Shown here: positions 38,013 to 50,915 of the stretch, piece after piece
Position numbering within the stretch: position 1 is the first letter of the stretch
Layout of the letters: the number at the start of each line of letters is the position of its first letter
Assembly (NCBI RefSeq): GCF_006345805.1
Contig: NW_021834405.1
Location: 5,663 to 69,662, forward strand
Origin: Octopus sinensis
Lineage: Eukaryota
Length of the DNA stretch: 64,000 nt
Direction: 5' to 3'
The notes under the pieces: generated by a model
The model's database searches: none
The model's input: only the letters and a program-made list of their open reading frames with translations
What the model was told of the DNA's origin: nothing
Made by a program: the position numbers and the translations under genes

Positions 38013-40104
38013 TGATGTTGCTGTTATCAGTATTGTAGTATTGACAAAATTCTTATAATGTGAATCAGCTTACTTTACGCTAATTTATGTAAAAGATTCT
38101 CCTGTAATCAAGTTGGAGGGTTTTTACCAAGTTGGTTCTTACAGCCTGGACGGATTTTATGTTTTTACACGCCTTATCGTTTGAAATAATGTCAGCTAAG
38201 TTCCCCGGCTCATAGCTTGCACTATGCTGGTGAGGAAGGTGCTGTTGGAAAGCTGCCGAATATTGAGTAGCACGAATCAATCCTGAACAATCATGATGAG
38301 ATTGTGGCTTTACTGTCACGTTGCGACTCTTCTACAAACAGCTATCAAACAGCTTTCGTTTCCTCATGTATAAGAGCATGGGTCTTAGCTTCGACAGTGT
38401 AGCGTCTTATAGTTTGTTCACTAGAAACAGATTACATATAATCTGAACTAGTTCTCTCTATCGTAACTGGCTCAATCTATCAACTTTACTCTATAAGCCA
38501 TTTTAAAGGCTCTACCCGCTTCAAACGCTCCCAAAATGGTTAACGATTTACTTCGTTACTCCACCCCGCTTAACTAAGTCTCTAGCGTGGTCTATTTCTC
38601 AGTTTCTAGAGATCGGACTATGCTGTCTATCTGGTAGACTGTACAGATCACAAATTTGTGGTCTGTGTAGCTGATCGGTTGAAAATATGGTCAATCTATG
38701 CTCTCCCTATTCGCTAGTCTAATACATATCCTGTCAAAGTACGACCCGGATAACACGATGCAGTTTCATGTGTGTTTGTGTATTGCTTTGGAGAAGCATT
38801 TCTTAAACACTTTTTTCGGTTGTGGTGACAGGTTTTGCTTCTCTGCTGATTTTGCCAAATTATAAGAATACTAATTTCTTCAATAGGCACAGGCACAGAA
38901 AAATTGGTGTAAGTGAACAGTCGCCAGTTTTTGTTTAGTACATTAGTTCATTCACTCCGGAAGGATAAAAAGCAAAGTCGATTTCGATGGCATATGAAGC
39001 TCTGAATATGAAGGGCGTCGTGACCAAATTCTGCAAGGCATTTTGTCCGACGCTCTAACAATTCTTTCAATAATAATGACAACAAATTCTTGGAGCCGGG
39101 ATTTGCCAATAATAACAATAATAATAATAATAATAATAATGATAATAATAATAATAATCAATCATGATGAACCCGGCAGCATAATATTTAATGATGGAAT
39201 ACATTTTGTTCATGTTTTTTCTTATTCTTTCCAACCAAGCACATCGTTTTTTTTTCTCTCCTCCCTTTTTTGTCACTTAAAATACTTTTTTCTTATTCTG
39301 TAGAGAGACGTTTTTTCTTGTGATATTTCTGAGTTCAGCTTGAGTAGTTAGATCTTCAACTTATAAATGAAACAAGCTGTTCAGGTCTATATTCTTCGTG
39401 ACAAATGTTGTGAAGATATTCAATGAGCGTTCTCGTTTTATGTATCGCCATCTTTAATAAATTGTTTATTTATTTATTCATTTTTATTCCGGCTTTTCTT
39501 TCTTTTTGTTTCTGTTTTATTCTGTTAAAAACGAAGCTCTTAGAATGAATGAGAGAGAGAAAGAGGGGGGGAGGAGAGATGAAAAGCAAAAATAGACAAA
39601 ACAAAACTAAAACAACAACAGCAAAACAAAAATCAATGATAACAAGAAACGTCTGGAATGTCTGATTTTTATTATTATTATTTGTTTATTTTGTTTTATT
39701 TATGTCTTTTTTTTTTTTTTTTGTTTTTTTGTTGTTTTTTTTTGTTCTTTTTTTTTTTAAGTATTGAAAGTTGCCTTGGTTTCTGAAAGGATCAAAATAT
39801 TTCTTAAATTTATTCGTTACCCCGTTCTAAGAACTTTCCAATCTTTTGAAACTGTTTGGCGTCAACCTCCTTCATTTTGTTTATTTACTTATTTATTTTA
39901 GGAGCGGGGACATGGAATATAGAACGAAGGGAAAAAATATACACTGAATAAATAGCGGGAAAGAAAAAATAAGCGAAGAAAAGGAAAAGAATAATTATTT
40001 ATTCAAGCATAAATACTTAAGAAGCTGAGTTATAGAGAAGAGAAAGGATGGTGTTGCCATAGTTGTTGCTGTTGGTGTAGACTGTCGTTATGACGTTGTC
40101 TGTG

Positions 40105-40528
40105 TTGGTGTGTGTGTGTGATAGAGAGAGAGGGGGAAGAGTGAGAGAGAAAGTGTGTGTGTGATAGAGAGAGAGGGGGGAGAGTGAGAGAGAAAGTGTG
40201 TGTGTGTGTGTGAGAGAGAGAAAGTGTGTGCGTTCGTGTGTGTGTGAGAGAGAGAGAGAGAGAAAATGTGTGTGTGTGGTTGTGTGTGTGTGTATGTGTG
40301 TGTGTGAGAGAGAAAGTGTGTGTGTGTGTGTGTGAAAGAGAGAGAGAGAGAGAAAGTGTGTGTGTGTGTGTGTGAAAGAGAGAGAGAGAGAGAAAGTGTG
40401 TGTGTGTGTTGAGAGAGAGAGAGAGAGAAAGTGTGTGTGTGTTGTGTGTGTGAAAGAGAGAGAGAGAGAAAGTGTGTGCGTGTGTGTGAGAGAGAGAGAG
40501 AGAGAGAAAGTGTGTGCGTTCGTGTGTG

Positions 40529-40570
<42 letters not shown>

Positions 40571-40590
40571 TGTGTGTGTGTGTGTGCGTA
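40105..40590. repeat. Minisatellite built from (GA)n-AA-(GT)n units
   Basis: The junction GAGAGAAAGTGTGTG recurs roughly a dozen times at 30-60 bp spacing. Confidence 0.88.
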
Positions 40591-40794
40591 CACGCGTAGG
40601 CGCACGGGTGCGTGGGTTGCGTTCGTCTAAGTATGAGTAGTTGCGTTGTGTTTGGTAGAAAGAAGTTTGAAGGAAAAAAGTTTGCAAAGACGGAAATAAT
40701 AGTAAAATAACAACAAAAAACTCAATTATGTGAGAAAGAAAAATAAATAAATAATATCTTAGATTGGGGATGAGAGCGTCAATAGGAGAGCCGA

Positions 40795-40834
<40 letters not shown>

Positions 40835-41077
40835 AAGAGAGGGGGATAGAGAGCAAGGGAGAGATAGAGCGGTATTAGAGGAGTAGAGGAGAGAGATGAA
40901 GCAAAAATGAAATGTAGATAAAGAATAAAGGAGATAAGTAAAAGAGGAAAGCAAAGGAAAAGAAAAAAAATGCAAAATAATGAAGGATTGCGCTTCAATA
41001 AAAGTGAAAAAATGCTGGAAATTTAAATAACCGGAAGTAGGACGTAAAAATGCCATCAGAAAAGTGAATGAGAGTGA

Positions 41078-41078
41078 G

Positions 41079-41149
<71 letters not shown>

Positions 41150-41249
41150 CATGGATAGATAGGTAGATAGATAGATAGATATATAGATAGATAAATAGAT
41201 AGATAGTAGATAGATAGATAGATAGATATATAGATAGATAGATAGATAG

Positions 41250-41282
<33 letters not shown>

Positions 41283-41337
41283 GATAGATAGGTAGATAGA
41301 TAGATAGATATGATAGATAGAATAAATAGATAGATAG

Positions 41338-41368
<31 letters not shown>

Positions 41369-41473
41369 GAATAGATAATAGATAGATAGATAGATAGATA
41401 TATATAGATCGATAGATAGATGTAGATAGATAGATAGATAGATAGATCGATAGATAGATAGATAACATGGATA

Positions 41474-41504
<31 letters not shown>

Positions 41505-41570
41505 TATAAATAGATAAATGGATATAGATAGATACGATAGATAGATAGATAGATAGATAGAGATAGAGAT
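41078..41570. repeat. (GATA)n microsatellite
   Basis: About 490 bp of imperfect GATA repeats. Confidence 0.95.
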
Positions 41571-42257
41571 ATATAAAGAGAGAGAGAGAGAGAGAGAGAA
41601 GAGAGAGAGTGAGAAAAGGAGAAACACGAGCGATATATGCAGGCTTACATATTTACATTTGCATACATACATACATACACATATATAAATAAATATACAC
41701 ATGTATGTGGGTATAAATATATGTATACAAATATATTCACATATATATATATGTATATGTGTATAAGTGTATGTGTGTGTGTGTGTGTACATATATGAAG
41801 ACTAATACGTTAGAAGAGCTCAGGCGACGAAACGAATTAACAACAATAAAATGAAAATCTTGAGATAAGAAATAAGAAATTAAGAAATACGAAAAGAAGC
41901 GTTCCCTTAAAGATGATTCGTTAGAATACGTGACAACACTAAATATGGACGGAGCGGGATTCTTTTAATATATCACTGCTGACACTCGAACAAAAGAAAA
42001 AAAGATGGCTGCTTAGATATTAAGCCATTGAATGTGTTAAATTCAAGGATTACAATTATAGGATGGAAGACGACGACGTAGATTGAGGAAAATACCTCGA
42101 AGGAGTCTTTTGAATACTAAATAGAAATGCGATTGGATCTGATAAATGTAATACTAGACAGAGAGATACAGGTGGAAAATCCGGGGTTGATTAAGTTCAC
42201 TTTTCTAGTCGAAATACTTGATCCTCTTTGTCATTTAATAAAGAAAATACACACACA

Positions 42258-42392
42258 TGCTTACCAACCACATGGTTCCGGGTTCAGTCCCACTGCGTGG
42301 CATCTTGGGCGAGTGCCTTTTACTATAGCCTCGGTCCGACCAAAGCCTTGTGAGTGGATTTGGTAGATGGAAACTGAAAGAAGCCCGTCGTG

Positions 42393-42430
<38 letters not shown>

Positions 42431-42438
42431 GTGTGTGT

Positions 42439-42480
<42 letters not shown>

Positions 42481-42499
42481 GTGTGTGGGTGTGGGTGTG

Positions 42500-42542
<43 letters not shown>

Positions 42543-42745
42543 TGTGTTCGTCCCTCTAGCATCGCTTGACAACCAATGCTGGTGTGCTTATATCTCCGTT
42601 ACTTAGCGGTTCGGCAGAAGAGACCGATAGAATAAGTACTAGGCTTGCAAAGAATAAATCCTGGGGTCGATTTGCTCGACTAAAGGCGGTGCTCCAGCAT
42701 GGCCGCAGTCAAATGACTGAAACAAGTAAAAGAACAAAAGAACAT
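42258..42745 (+). mobile_element. SINE-A copy
   Basis: Matches 26270-26687 apart from the first ~25 nt; expanded central microsatellite. Confidence 0.9.
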
Positions 42746-42812
42746 ACACACACACACACAAAGTTTGGTGGAACAAACAGAATAAATAGGGCTGAATGTG
42801 CTAGTTTATATA

Positions 42813-43668
42813 CTGGGTGCGGCGAATAAATTGTCGTCTAAATTCCGCAAAAATGAATATAATACTGACATCTCATTTTAACAGATATGTTTACCAAAAT
42901 TACATGAAAATATCTTGAAATACTAAAGAGTTAATATATTCAATAAAATCACCATTGACTTCAACCACGGCCTCCAGGCTACTTCAGAATTTCCTGCAAC
43001 TCTTCTGGATGGTCTCCTTGTTTACGTTGGTAAATGCTGCCATAATCCTTGCCTTGGGTTCAACTTTTGTGTTACAAGGAGTTTTGTTGGTCTCTGCGCC
43101 CCACACATAATAATCAAGGAGGTTGCAGTCTGAGGAGTTAGGGGTGAGGTGGTCGCAGAAATTGTCTGACAGCCATGACTGGGTTCTCCTGCTTTTGTGG
43201 CATGGTGCAGAATCCTGTTGCCAGACATAGGGTCTTCCAGCAGCCACCTTCTTGGCCCAGGGCAGCACTACCTCCTCCAGGCACTTGATGTAGGCCTCCG
43301 TGTTGAGTCTGAGGTCGTATGGGAAGATAAATGGAGGCATAACGTCACCGTCGCTAGTGATTACTCTAAACACCGTGATTTTGAGTGGATGTTTGATTTT
43401 TATCACCCACGGTACATGTTTTGGGAACACGGCAAACACTCAGATTGATATCCAAACACTCGGAAATGTTCGTATTGGAGCTTCCGGTGTGAATGCCAAG
43501 CAGTACAACATGTCGTTTCCAAATTTCTGGCAGAGTGAATTGTATCATGGTGCTGTCTTTCTCTTAACTGACCCTACAATACTGTGTGGTTATCAAAATC
43601 AAAAACAAATAGTGCGCATGCGGAAAATTAAAAATATAAAATGGTGGCAATTTACCCATTGGATCCTG
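42813..43668 (-). mobile_element. Internally deleted DD37D/maT-type (Tc1/mariner superfamily) transposon
   Basis: VITSDGDVMPPFIFP, YVWQQDSAPCH, NSSDCNLLDYYVWG, LEAVVEVNGDFIE*; degenerate TIRs (TA)CTGGGTGCGGCGAATAAATTGTC and GGCAATTTACCCATTGGATCCTG(TA). Confidence 0.85.
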
Positions 43669-43700
43669 TACAAACACACAGACACACACAGACACACACA

Positions 43701-43746
<46 letters not shown>

Positions 43747-44013
43747 GGCATAGGAGTAGGTGCAGGAGGCGCTGTGTGGTCAGAAACTTGCTTCTCAACC
43801 ACATGGTTCCGGGCTCAGTCCAACTGCGTGGCACCTTGGGCAAGTGTCTTCTACTATAACTTCGGGCTGACAAAAGCTTTGTCAGTATATATATATATAT
43901 ATATATATATACTTTATTTAAAGCAGCAGAAAATTCAACAAAACCTGTTACTCTGAGTTTCCCGTTGAGTACTCTTTTTTCCACCTTGTTTCACATTTAT
44001 GTGTTTACTCCGG

Positions 44014-44049
<36 letters not shown>

Positions 44050-44230
44050 TATACATATATATATAAGCAATAATAAATCTCTGTGCGAGGTATACACAGT
44101 AGCTGCACGACTTCGTGAAGTATATACGCCTCTTAAATGTGGCTAACCCTTAAGGGTGGACGCTACTGTAGCTTGTAGCCCCAGGAGGACACCTCCTCCA
44201 GCTGGCTATTGACACACTTTCTGTGCCTTA

Positions 44231-44960
44231 TCAGTATTTGCAAATACATGCTTTCACTCCACCCCACACTTTTGTTCGCCATCCAACTCTACCCGAAGCA
44301 AGGGTTTCTATGTCTTTTGGATCCATTCCATGTGACTTCATAGTAGTCCTTATTACGTCCTTAAACCTAGTTTTAGGTTTACGCTGATAGCGTTTCCCCT
44401 CTACAGGCGCACCATAAAACAACTGTTTCGACATGCTTTCATCCGCCATTCGAGCAATATGGCCACACCACCTCTTTTGGTTTCTCAAAATCATAGCTTT
44501 AATTGAGGTGATGCCTGCAGATGCAAGGACATCTGTGTCTGGAGTAAAAGAACTCCATTTAATGTTCAAAAAGTGATGAAGGTATTTTTGGTGGAATTAT
44601 TCAATTTAAAATACCTTTCATAACAAGTTCATGTTTCACAAGAATACAACAGGGATGGTTAGACAAATGATTTGCAAAGAGCCAGCTTTGTATTCTTATT
44701 CATATGTCGATGGCATCAAATGCGTGACTCCAAGCCACCAAATGCTTTTGTTGCCCTTTGAATTAGCAGATGTATTTCTGTATCAAGATTCCCATCATTT
44801 TGTACAGAGCTTCCAAGGTAGATGAACGAATGGACAACCTCAAGTAACTTACCCTTAACAAAAAGTTTAGGTGGGGGGGGGACTACAAAAAGCAACACAC
44901 GTAGGTAGATGCATTAAAACTGTTTCTTTTCTGAAAGCTGATGGTCAAACCAAAATCATT
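44231..44960 (-). mobile_element. RTE-clade LINE fragment (RT C-terminal region)
   Basis: LEVVHSFIYLGS...EIHLLIQRATKAFG, DVLASAGITSI, RWCGHIARM...KQLFYG...GKR...KTRFKD, LASGRVGWR. Confidence 0.88.
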
Positions 44961-45062
44961 ACAAGCCGAGTTTGCAGATACAAGAAATAGAGAGAGTGGG
45001 GGGAGAGATCCTTGACAAATGAAAGACAAACATGACTCCTGCCAGATTCGAACTTCCAACAA

Positions 45063-45106
<44 letters not shown>

Positions 45107-45936
45107 GCGAAAGAGAGATTAGGAGAGAAAAAGAGAGATAGATAGTCCGATGCCATACCGATTTTACCAATCACTCCTACATTTACTTTGTTTTACTAAA
45201 AAGTAGAAAAAGAAGATGAAAAAAGACAGATTGGTCAAGGCTGGAACGATTTTGATCCTAGGTCTGCTCAGTCCAGTCTTGTTGGGTTAAACAGCAACAC
45301 TACCATCATTTGGCCCAAGGATGTTACAGTGCTGCAACCAATTAGATCACTCCAGCTCGTCCTCTCTCGACCGCCACACACTTTATTTCTCTCGGTATAC
45401 ACTGACCTGGAGATGATCAGACTAGGATAACAACCGCATCGATCTCACCAATCTGGGAGGGTCTGCACAGATCATTGACATTGCTCTTTTCCCTCTCTCA
45501 CTAAATTATGAAAGAATAAACAAATAACAAAATTAAAAATGGTGGTCTTATGTGTTGTTTTCAAATGAGCGATATCTCTAAATCCCCCGGATTAATTTCA
45601 CTGAAATTGGGAATTCGTTTTTCTCTTTTGCTTTCAGTTTTGTGAACAATTGTTTATATAAGTTAGCGAGGTGTGACGAAATTACAGAATACACATACAC
45701 ACATTTAAGCACACACACCTTTTTAGTGTTTGCATGTGTGTCTAAGTGTGTGTATGAAATGATGAAGGGAGAGAATAACGTAATAGAAAGAAAAAATAGA
45801 GGAGACAAGGAGGATAACTACAGCCAAAGACTACCTCGGACAGACTGATAGACAGACTGAATCATAGTCAGACCGACATACACATACACACGAATATATA
45901 ATATTTTAACTAAAATAATTAAATGCGACAAATATA

Positions 45937-47550
45937 TTGGGTGTGCCATTTCTTTCTTTTTTTTTTTTTTGAGGTCATCTCTTTCGAGAGCTCTAACTTT
46001 CTTCTAACTTAATTTTTTTTTACCTTACATTTCAGATAAATATCAGATAAAGTTCACTAAGCGAAGGAAAAGGCATACTATTATTTCTACTCTAGGTACA
46101 CTGCCTTCAAAATTTTGGGGGGAAATGAGCTAGTCGATTATATCGACCCCAGTGCGTAATTGGTACTTAATTTATCGACCCCGAAAGGATGAAAGGCAAA
46201 GTCGACCTCGGTGGAATTTGAACTCAGAACGTAACGGCAGACGAAGTACGGATACGCATTCCGCCCGGCGTGCTAACGTTTCTGCCAGCTAGGCATACTA
46301 TTGTTGTTGCCTTAAAAACACAGCATAGTGATATACAGAGGTTCGCTTCCTGAAAGTTGCCCGAGTTTTTGTTGTCAAAGTTCGAAAGGAACTGATGACG
46401 GGGATCCAACACAAACAGTTAAATGCAAAATACATGCACAAAGTCCTAATGCAACCAGAACATATAACTTTGTACCAAAAGTACAAGAAATAATGGATAA
46501 AAACACCGAGTAAGTCAATCAGAGCCATTGCAAAATGTCACAAGGTTTCAAAATGCACCGTTACAAAAGGTGTGCGTGTGGACATCCGGTACAAGTCGTA
46601 TGTGCAAAACTCTTGCTAAACAAGTCAAAACACAAAGAGGCTGGAATACTTCGGTTTTTCTCTGATATGAGAAACTTCGATCAAGCCCAAATGCTAAACC
46701 GAAGGAACGACAGATTATTATGTAGAGACCCCTATGAAGTTCCAACGGTCACGCATAGTACGTTCCCAGCAACTGTGATGGGTCTGGGAGCCATCAACAA
46801 CGAGGAAGATGTAATACCTTCACACTTTGTTTTACAGGGCTTAAGAGTCAAAGTCGCTGTCTACACAGAAATGTTGGAGAAGTTGTGCCTCCAACAAAGT
46901 ACACCACGGAATACCGCACGTCTTCCAACAAGGCTCTGTGCCGTCTGATAAGTCTAAGACAACAGGAGCGTGGATGCGTGTCAGTCTCCATGGTCATGTT
47001 CTCCCAGATACATGGCCTCCTAGCTCATCAGGCCTATTACATATGGGATATAGAAAAGAAAGAGGTCAATTGACATTCTCATAACACCACAAGGTGCTAA
47101 ACACAGAGGGGACAAACAAAGACAGACAAAGAGATTAAGTCGATTACATTGAACCCCAGTGCGTAACTGGTACTTGATTTATGAACCCCGAAAGGATGAA
47201 AGGCAAAGTCGACCTCGGCGGAGTTTGAACTCACAACGTAACGGCAGACGAAATACGGCTACGCATTTCGCCCAGCTCGCCTGGTGTTATTCTCATAACA
47301 CCATACAATCCCTCAAATCCGCCATAACAAACATTACGTCCAAAACTGGTAAAGATCATCTGATTCGGACATGTAAACACTTCCATCCCGTATTGAAGCA
47401 GCCATTGATGATAACGATAGATTCATTGAATAGGTATGATAAAAGGAATGTCATCTGTACCAATTTGTTTTCAAATACAGCTTTTCTTTGAAGAGTTGTG
47501 GGTCTTTTTCTAAATCCATACAAGTGACCTCAAAAGCATGACGCACTCTG
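45937..47550 (+). mobile_element. Degenerate DD37D/maT-type transposon interrupted by two SINE-B insertions
   Basis: RFFSDMRNFDQAQMLNRRNDR, FPATVMGLGAINNEEDVIP, YYIWDI; imperfect TIRs sharing TTTGAGGTCA / TGACCTCAAA. SINE-B 46083-46290 has TSD AGGCATACTATT; SINE-B 47090-47288 has TSD ATTCTCATAACACCA. Confidence 0.8.
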
Positions 47551-48035
47551 TATATCTACTTCTATCCAATGGGAATTCGCCAAGCATTTAGTGCTTGACT
47601 GATCCTTCGTTTATCAATCCTGAAAATACCCCAGTAGAGTCTTCTGCATACTAAATACAAACACGGCAGGGTATCATATATGTAATATATGAAGCCTAAA
47701 CTGGTTCTTTGCTTTCTGAGTTCAAATCCCACTAATGTAAACTTTACTGGCATCCCCCCACAGGTCCCTAAATACATTAGATTACATGGTAATAGAAACT
47801 CACAAAAAAGACAGGATGATCACATGACGAAACTTCTTCAGCAGACAAAAGATTTAACTACAGGATGTTTCGAATCTGAACACAATCAAGGGGAGATGAC
47901 TCCAGCAAGATGAGTTAATAGCAATATTGGAGGAAAATAGAGACAATGTAGGTTGTGGGATAATAGGGACAATGTACTGTAGGTTTGGGGATAACCCAGA
48001 TAATGTAGATTTTGGAATAATATAGATAATGTAGG

Positions 48036-48470
48036 GGATCTTTTCGGTTTGAACGGCAGTTTTTTCTAGCAGTGTCATATGAAATTGTCACCCAAAATTA
48101 TGACCCTAGTATCGATCTATTGCATTTCAATCTGTTTTAGGGTTAGGGTTAGAGTTAGGGTTAGTTAGGGTTGGGGGTGGGGGAAGGGTATCTTTTTTCT
48201 TCACAAATGTAAATAAACCCAATCTGTTTCTTAAATGAGGGACATTTTCATACGGCACAGAATGTTTTCACCCCAACAGAAGTCATTGATTGGTTGAAAT
48301 TGCAGAAACTGAAGAAAAAACAACAAATATCTTACAAACTATAGAATTTTCTCAATAAAGCCATGAGAAAAAGATGTTTTATAAACACATTCTACCAGAA
48401 TACGAAGTTTAAAAGTGTTTAGTTACGTGAAAATTATTTTAAAAAACTGCCGTTCAAACCGAAAAGATCC
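48036..48470. mobile_element. 435-bp MITE with perfect 30-bp TIRs, 8-bp TSD and internal TTAGGG repeats (Merlin- or hAT-like)
   Basis: GGATCTTTTCGGTTTGAACGGCAGTTTTTT / AAAAAACTGCCGTTCAAACCGAAAAGATCC; flanks AATGTAGG / AATGTTGG. Confidence 0.9.
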
Positions 48471-49508
48471 AATGTTGGTTTTGGGGTAATACATTGTAAG
48501 TTTTGGAATCAAAATAGTTAAAGCAATTGACGTACTAATAAAACGAAGTTGTCCCGGATGGAACGCTTTTTATGATACTTCTCCACCATCACGACTGATC
48601 AGGATACTTATATCATAAAGACGACACCAGCAATAAATACGGTAACAACAACAATGACGTCGACGACGATAACAAGAATATCAATGACATAACAACAACC
48701 ACAATAATAAAGAAGACAATAACAACAACAACAACAGTAACAAGACAACTACACGAATGATAACAACAACAACGAAGACAAGAGGTAGCATAACAACGTC
48801 GCCAACGACAAGGGAAACGTCCACCTCGATGACATCGATGTCGGTGAGAATAATATAAACATCAACATAAGAAGGACAGCGACGACAATACAACGATGAC
48901 AAAAAACAATAACAAAACCGATAACGTCAACAATATAAGTTTTAGTATTTTTCCCTGTCCCGTCCCTCGCTAGCCTCTCAGAGTCCCTTGAAAAAAAAAA
49001 AGATTCATGGGTGCTGCCCTTCCCGTCTGACTAAGCGATAACAATAAGTCAATGCAGACGTTAAATAAACACAAAGAAACAAAAAAGTGGCGTGGGGACG
49101 CGTTTCACTTACTGTAACAGTCCAACCCCTTCTTCATAATTTTTTGTTCAGCTGTTACTTTCTTTTAATTTTTCGTGTTGATTTCAGACTCGAACCCTTT
49201 TTTATTTTATAATTTCTTCAATGACCTGACCCCTTTCTTGTTAACACCCTAATCGCCATCCCTATTGTGTCTTCATTTATTAATTTGTCATTCCCGTGTC
49301 GTTAATAAAATTCAACAATAGATGTAAAATTGTTAGATTTTGAAATGAAAACGATTCAAAGTGGGAGCGTCAACATATTTGCTCAACCTGCCAGTAATAG
49401 TAACCAAAGATCTTCCTCATATTACATCGTACTTTGTAAAAAAAATTCAAAAGTAAATGTACTGCATGGTGCGGTAGTGCACAAGCTTTCCTTTTCCTCC
49501 CATAATCC

Positions 49509-49512
<4 letters not shown>

Positions 49513-49548
<36 letters not shown>

Positions 49549-49562
49549 TATATATATATATA

Positions 49563-49613
<51 letters not shown>

Positions 49614-49675
49614 ATATATATATATATATAATATATATATTATATATATATGTTATATATATATATATGTATATA

Positions 49676-49717
<42 letters not shown>

Positions 49718-49843
49718 GTGTATATATATATATATGTATATATATGTATATACATATGTATATATATATATATATATACACACATATATATATATACATA
49801 TATATATACATACATACACACACACACACACATATGTATATAT
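49513..49843. repeat. (TA)n microsatellite
   Basis: Long imperfect TA tract. Confidence 0.95.
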
Positions 49844-49844
49844 G

Positions 49845-50151
49845 TGGAGGCGCAATGGCCCAGTGGTTAGGACAGCGGACTCGTGGTCTTAGGATCGCGG
49901 TTTCGATTCCTAGCCAAGGCGTTGTGAGTGTTTATTGAGCGAAAACACCTAAAGCTCCACGAGGCTCCGGCAGGGGGTGGTTGCGATCCCTGCTGTACTC
50001 CTTCGCCGCAACTTCCTCTCACTCTTTCTTCTGTTGGCCTGCTCGCTTAGCCAGCAGGGTGGCGTTATTTGAAGGCTAAAACAATGCGAAGCGCATTGTG
50101 ACCAGCGATGTGTAGCAACATCTGTTAGCCTGGTCGGTCACGCTGATCACA

Positions 50152-50156
<5 letters not shown>
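49845..50156 (+). mobile_element. Full-length SINE-C, tail C2
   Basis: A/B boxes intact; tail GCAACATCTG.TAGCCTGGTCG.TCAC shared with 16966-17214. Confidence 0.9.
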
Positions 50157-50191
<35 letters not shown>

Positions 50192-50434
50192 TGAAACATT
50201 CCTGTCACAACCTGGGACCTTGAAGACTGCTTTAATACAAGAAAGTATACTAGTCCCTTAATATTTGATATTCAATATTTCATCTATTCAATAAGACAAT
50301 GAATACTACATTTCATTTTACTATATATATATTATTTATACTATATATTCTATATTCTACATTAGTATCATAAATAATATAAATAAAACATAAAAAACAG
50401 TGTTGGAATTCCTTATATATATATAATATATATG

Positions 50435-50640
50435 TGACCTCGTGAGTACCGCTGGCAATTTTTTTCCTCTGTCTTCCCTTCTCGGGATCTTTCCTTCTCC
50501 TATGTTTCCGACGAAGAGCTCCGCTCGAAACGTTAAACTCTCCTTCTTCCCTTCTTTCCTGAGCGTCCAATAATTCTATATTTGTTCCACGTCCTCGCGT
50601 TGTTGTATTTTTTTTTGTGTTTTCTTGTTTGGATTAACTA
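50435..50640 (+). repeat. Repeat family F copy (hammerhead-like motif)
   Basis: GTTT-CCGACGA-A-GAGC-TCC-GCTC-GAAAC-GTT-AAAC at 50504-50538; TA repeats on both flanks. Confidence 0.75.
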
Positions 50641-50650
50641 TATATATATA

Positions 50651-50865
50651 TAGGATGCACCAAAGGTCACGCACCTAAACATTTGACATTTTATTTATAT
50701 TACGTTATTAGTATTATTGTTATCAATTTTGTTCTTCACGAACAAGTGCGTGTTTATTCTTCATTATTTTATTTATTTTATTCAATTTTAGAAAACTTCA
50801 AGCATGTCCTTGACAATTCTGGCGCGTGTTGAACTTATTTTGTGCGTGATTTATGGCCCACGCTG
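50651..50865. mobile_element. Degenerate Tc1/mariner-type MITE
   Basis: Left TAGGATGCACCAAAGGTCACGCAC vs reverse complement of right end CAGCGTGGGCCATAAATCACGCAC; TA flanks. Confidence 0.5.
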
Positions 50866-50878
50866 TATACATACATAC

Positions 50879-50915
<37 letters not shown>

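Noticed and set aside
38060-38780. Possible degenerate endonuclease-coding stretch (TDHKFVVC)
   Set aside because: One short motif only; no collinear APE motifs could be recovered.
40030-41792. ORFs of 191-354 aa on the minus strand
   Set aside because: Made of GA, GT and GATA microsatellite translations.
44076-44230. Possible HDV-like ribozyme next to the RTE fragment
   Set aside because: Hairpins exist (AGGAG/CTCCT, TAGCC/GGCTA) but I could not assign the full nested double pseudoknot by eye, and it is not at the RTE 5' end.
48137-48183. Telomere or chromosome-fusion relic
   Set aside because: Only a few imperfect TTAGGG units, enclosed within a TIR element.
49845-49925. tRNA gene (also at 6207, 16968, 52656)
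   Set aside because: A/B boxes are present but there is no clean cloverleaf or acceptor stem, and each continues into a shared SINE body, several with TSDs.
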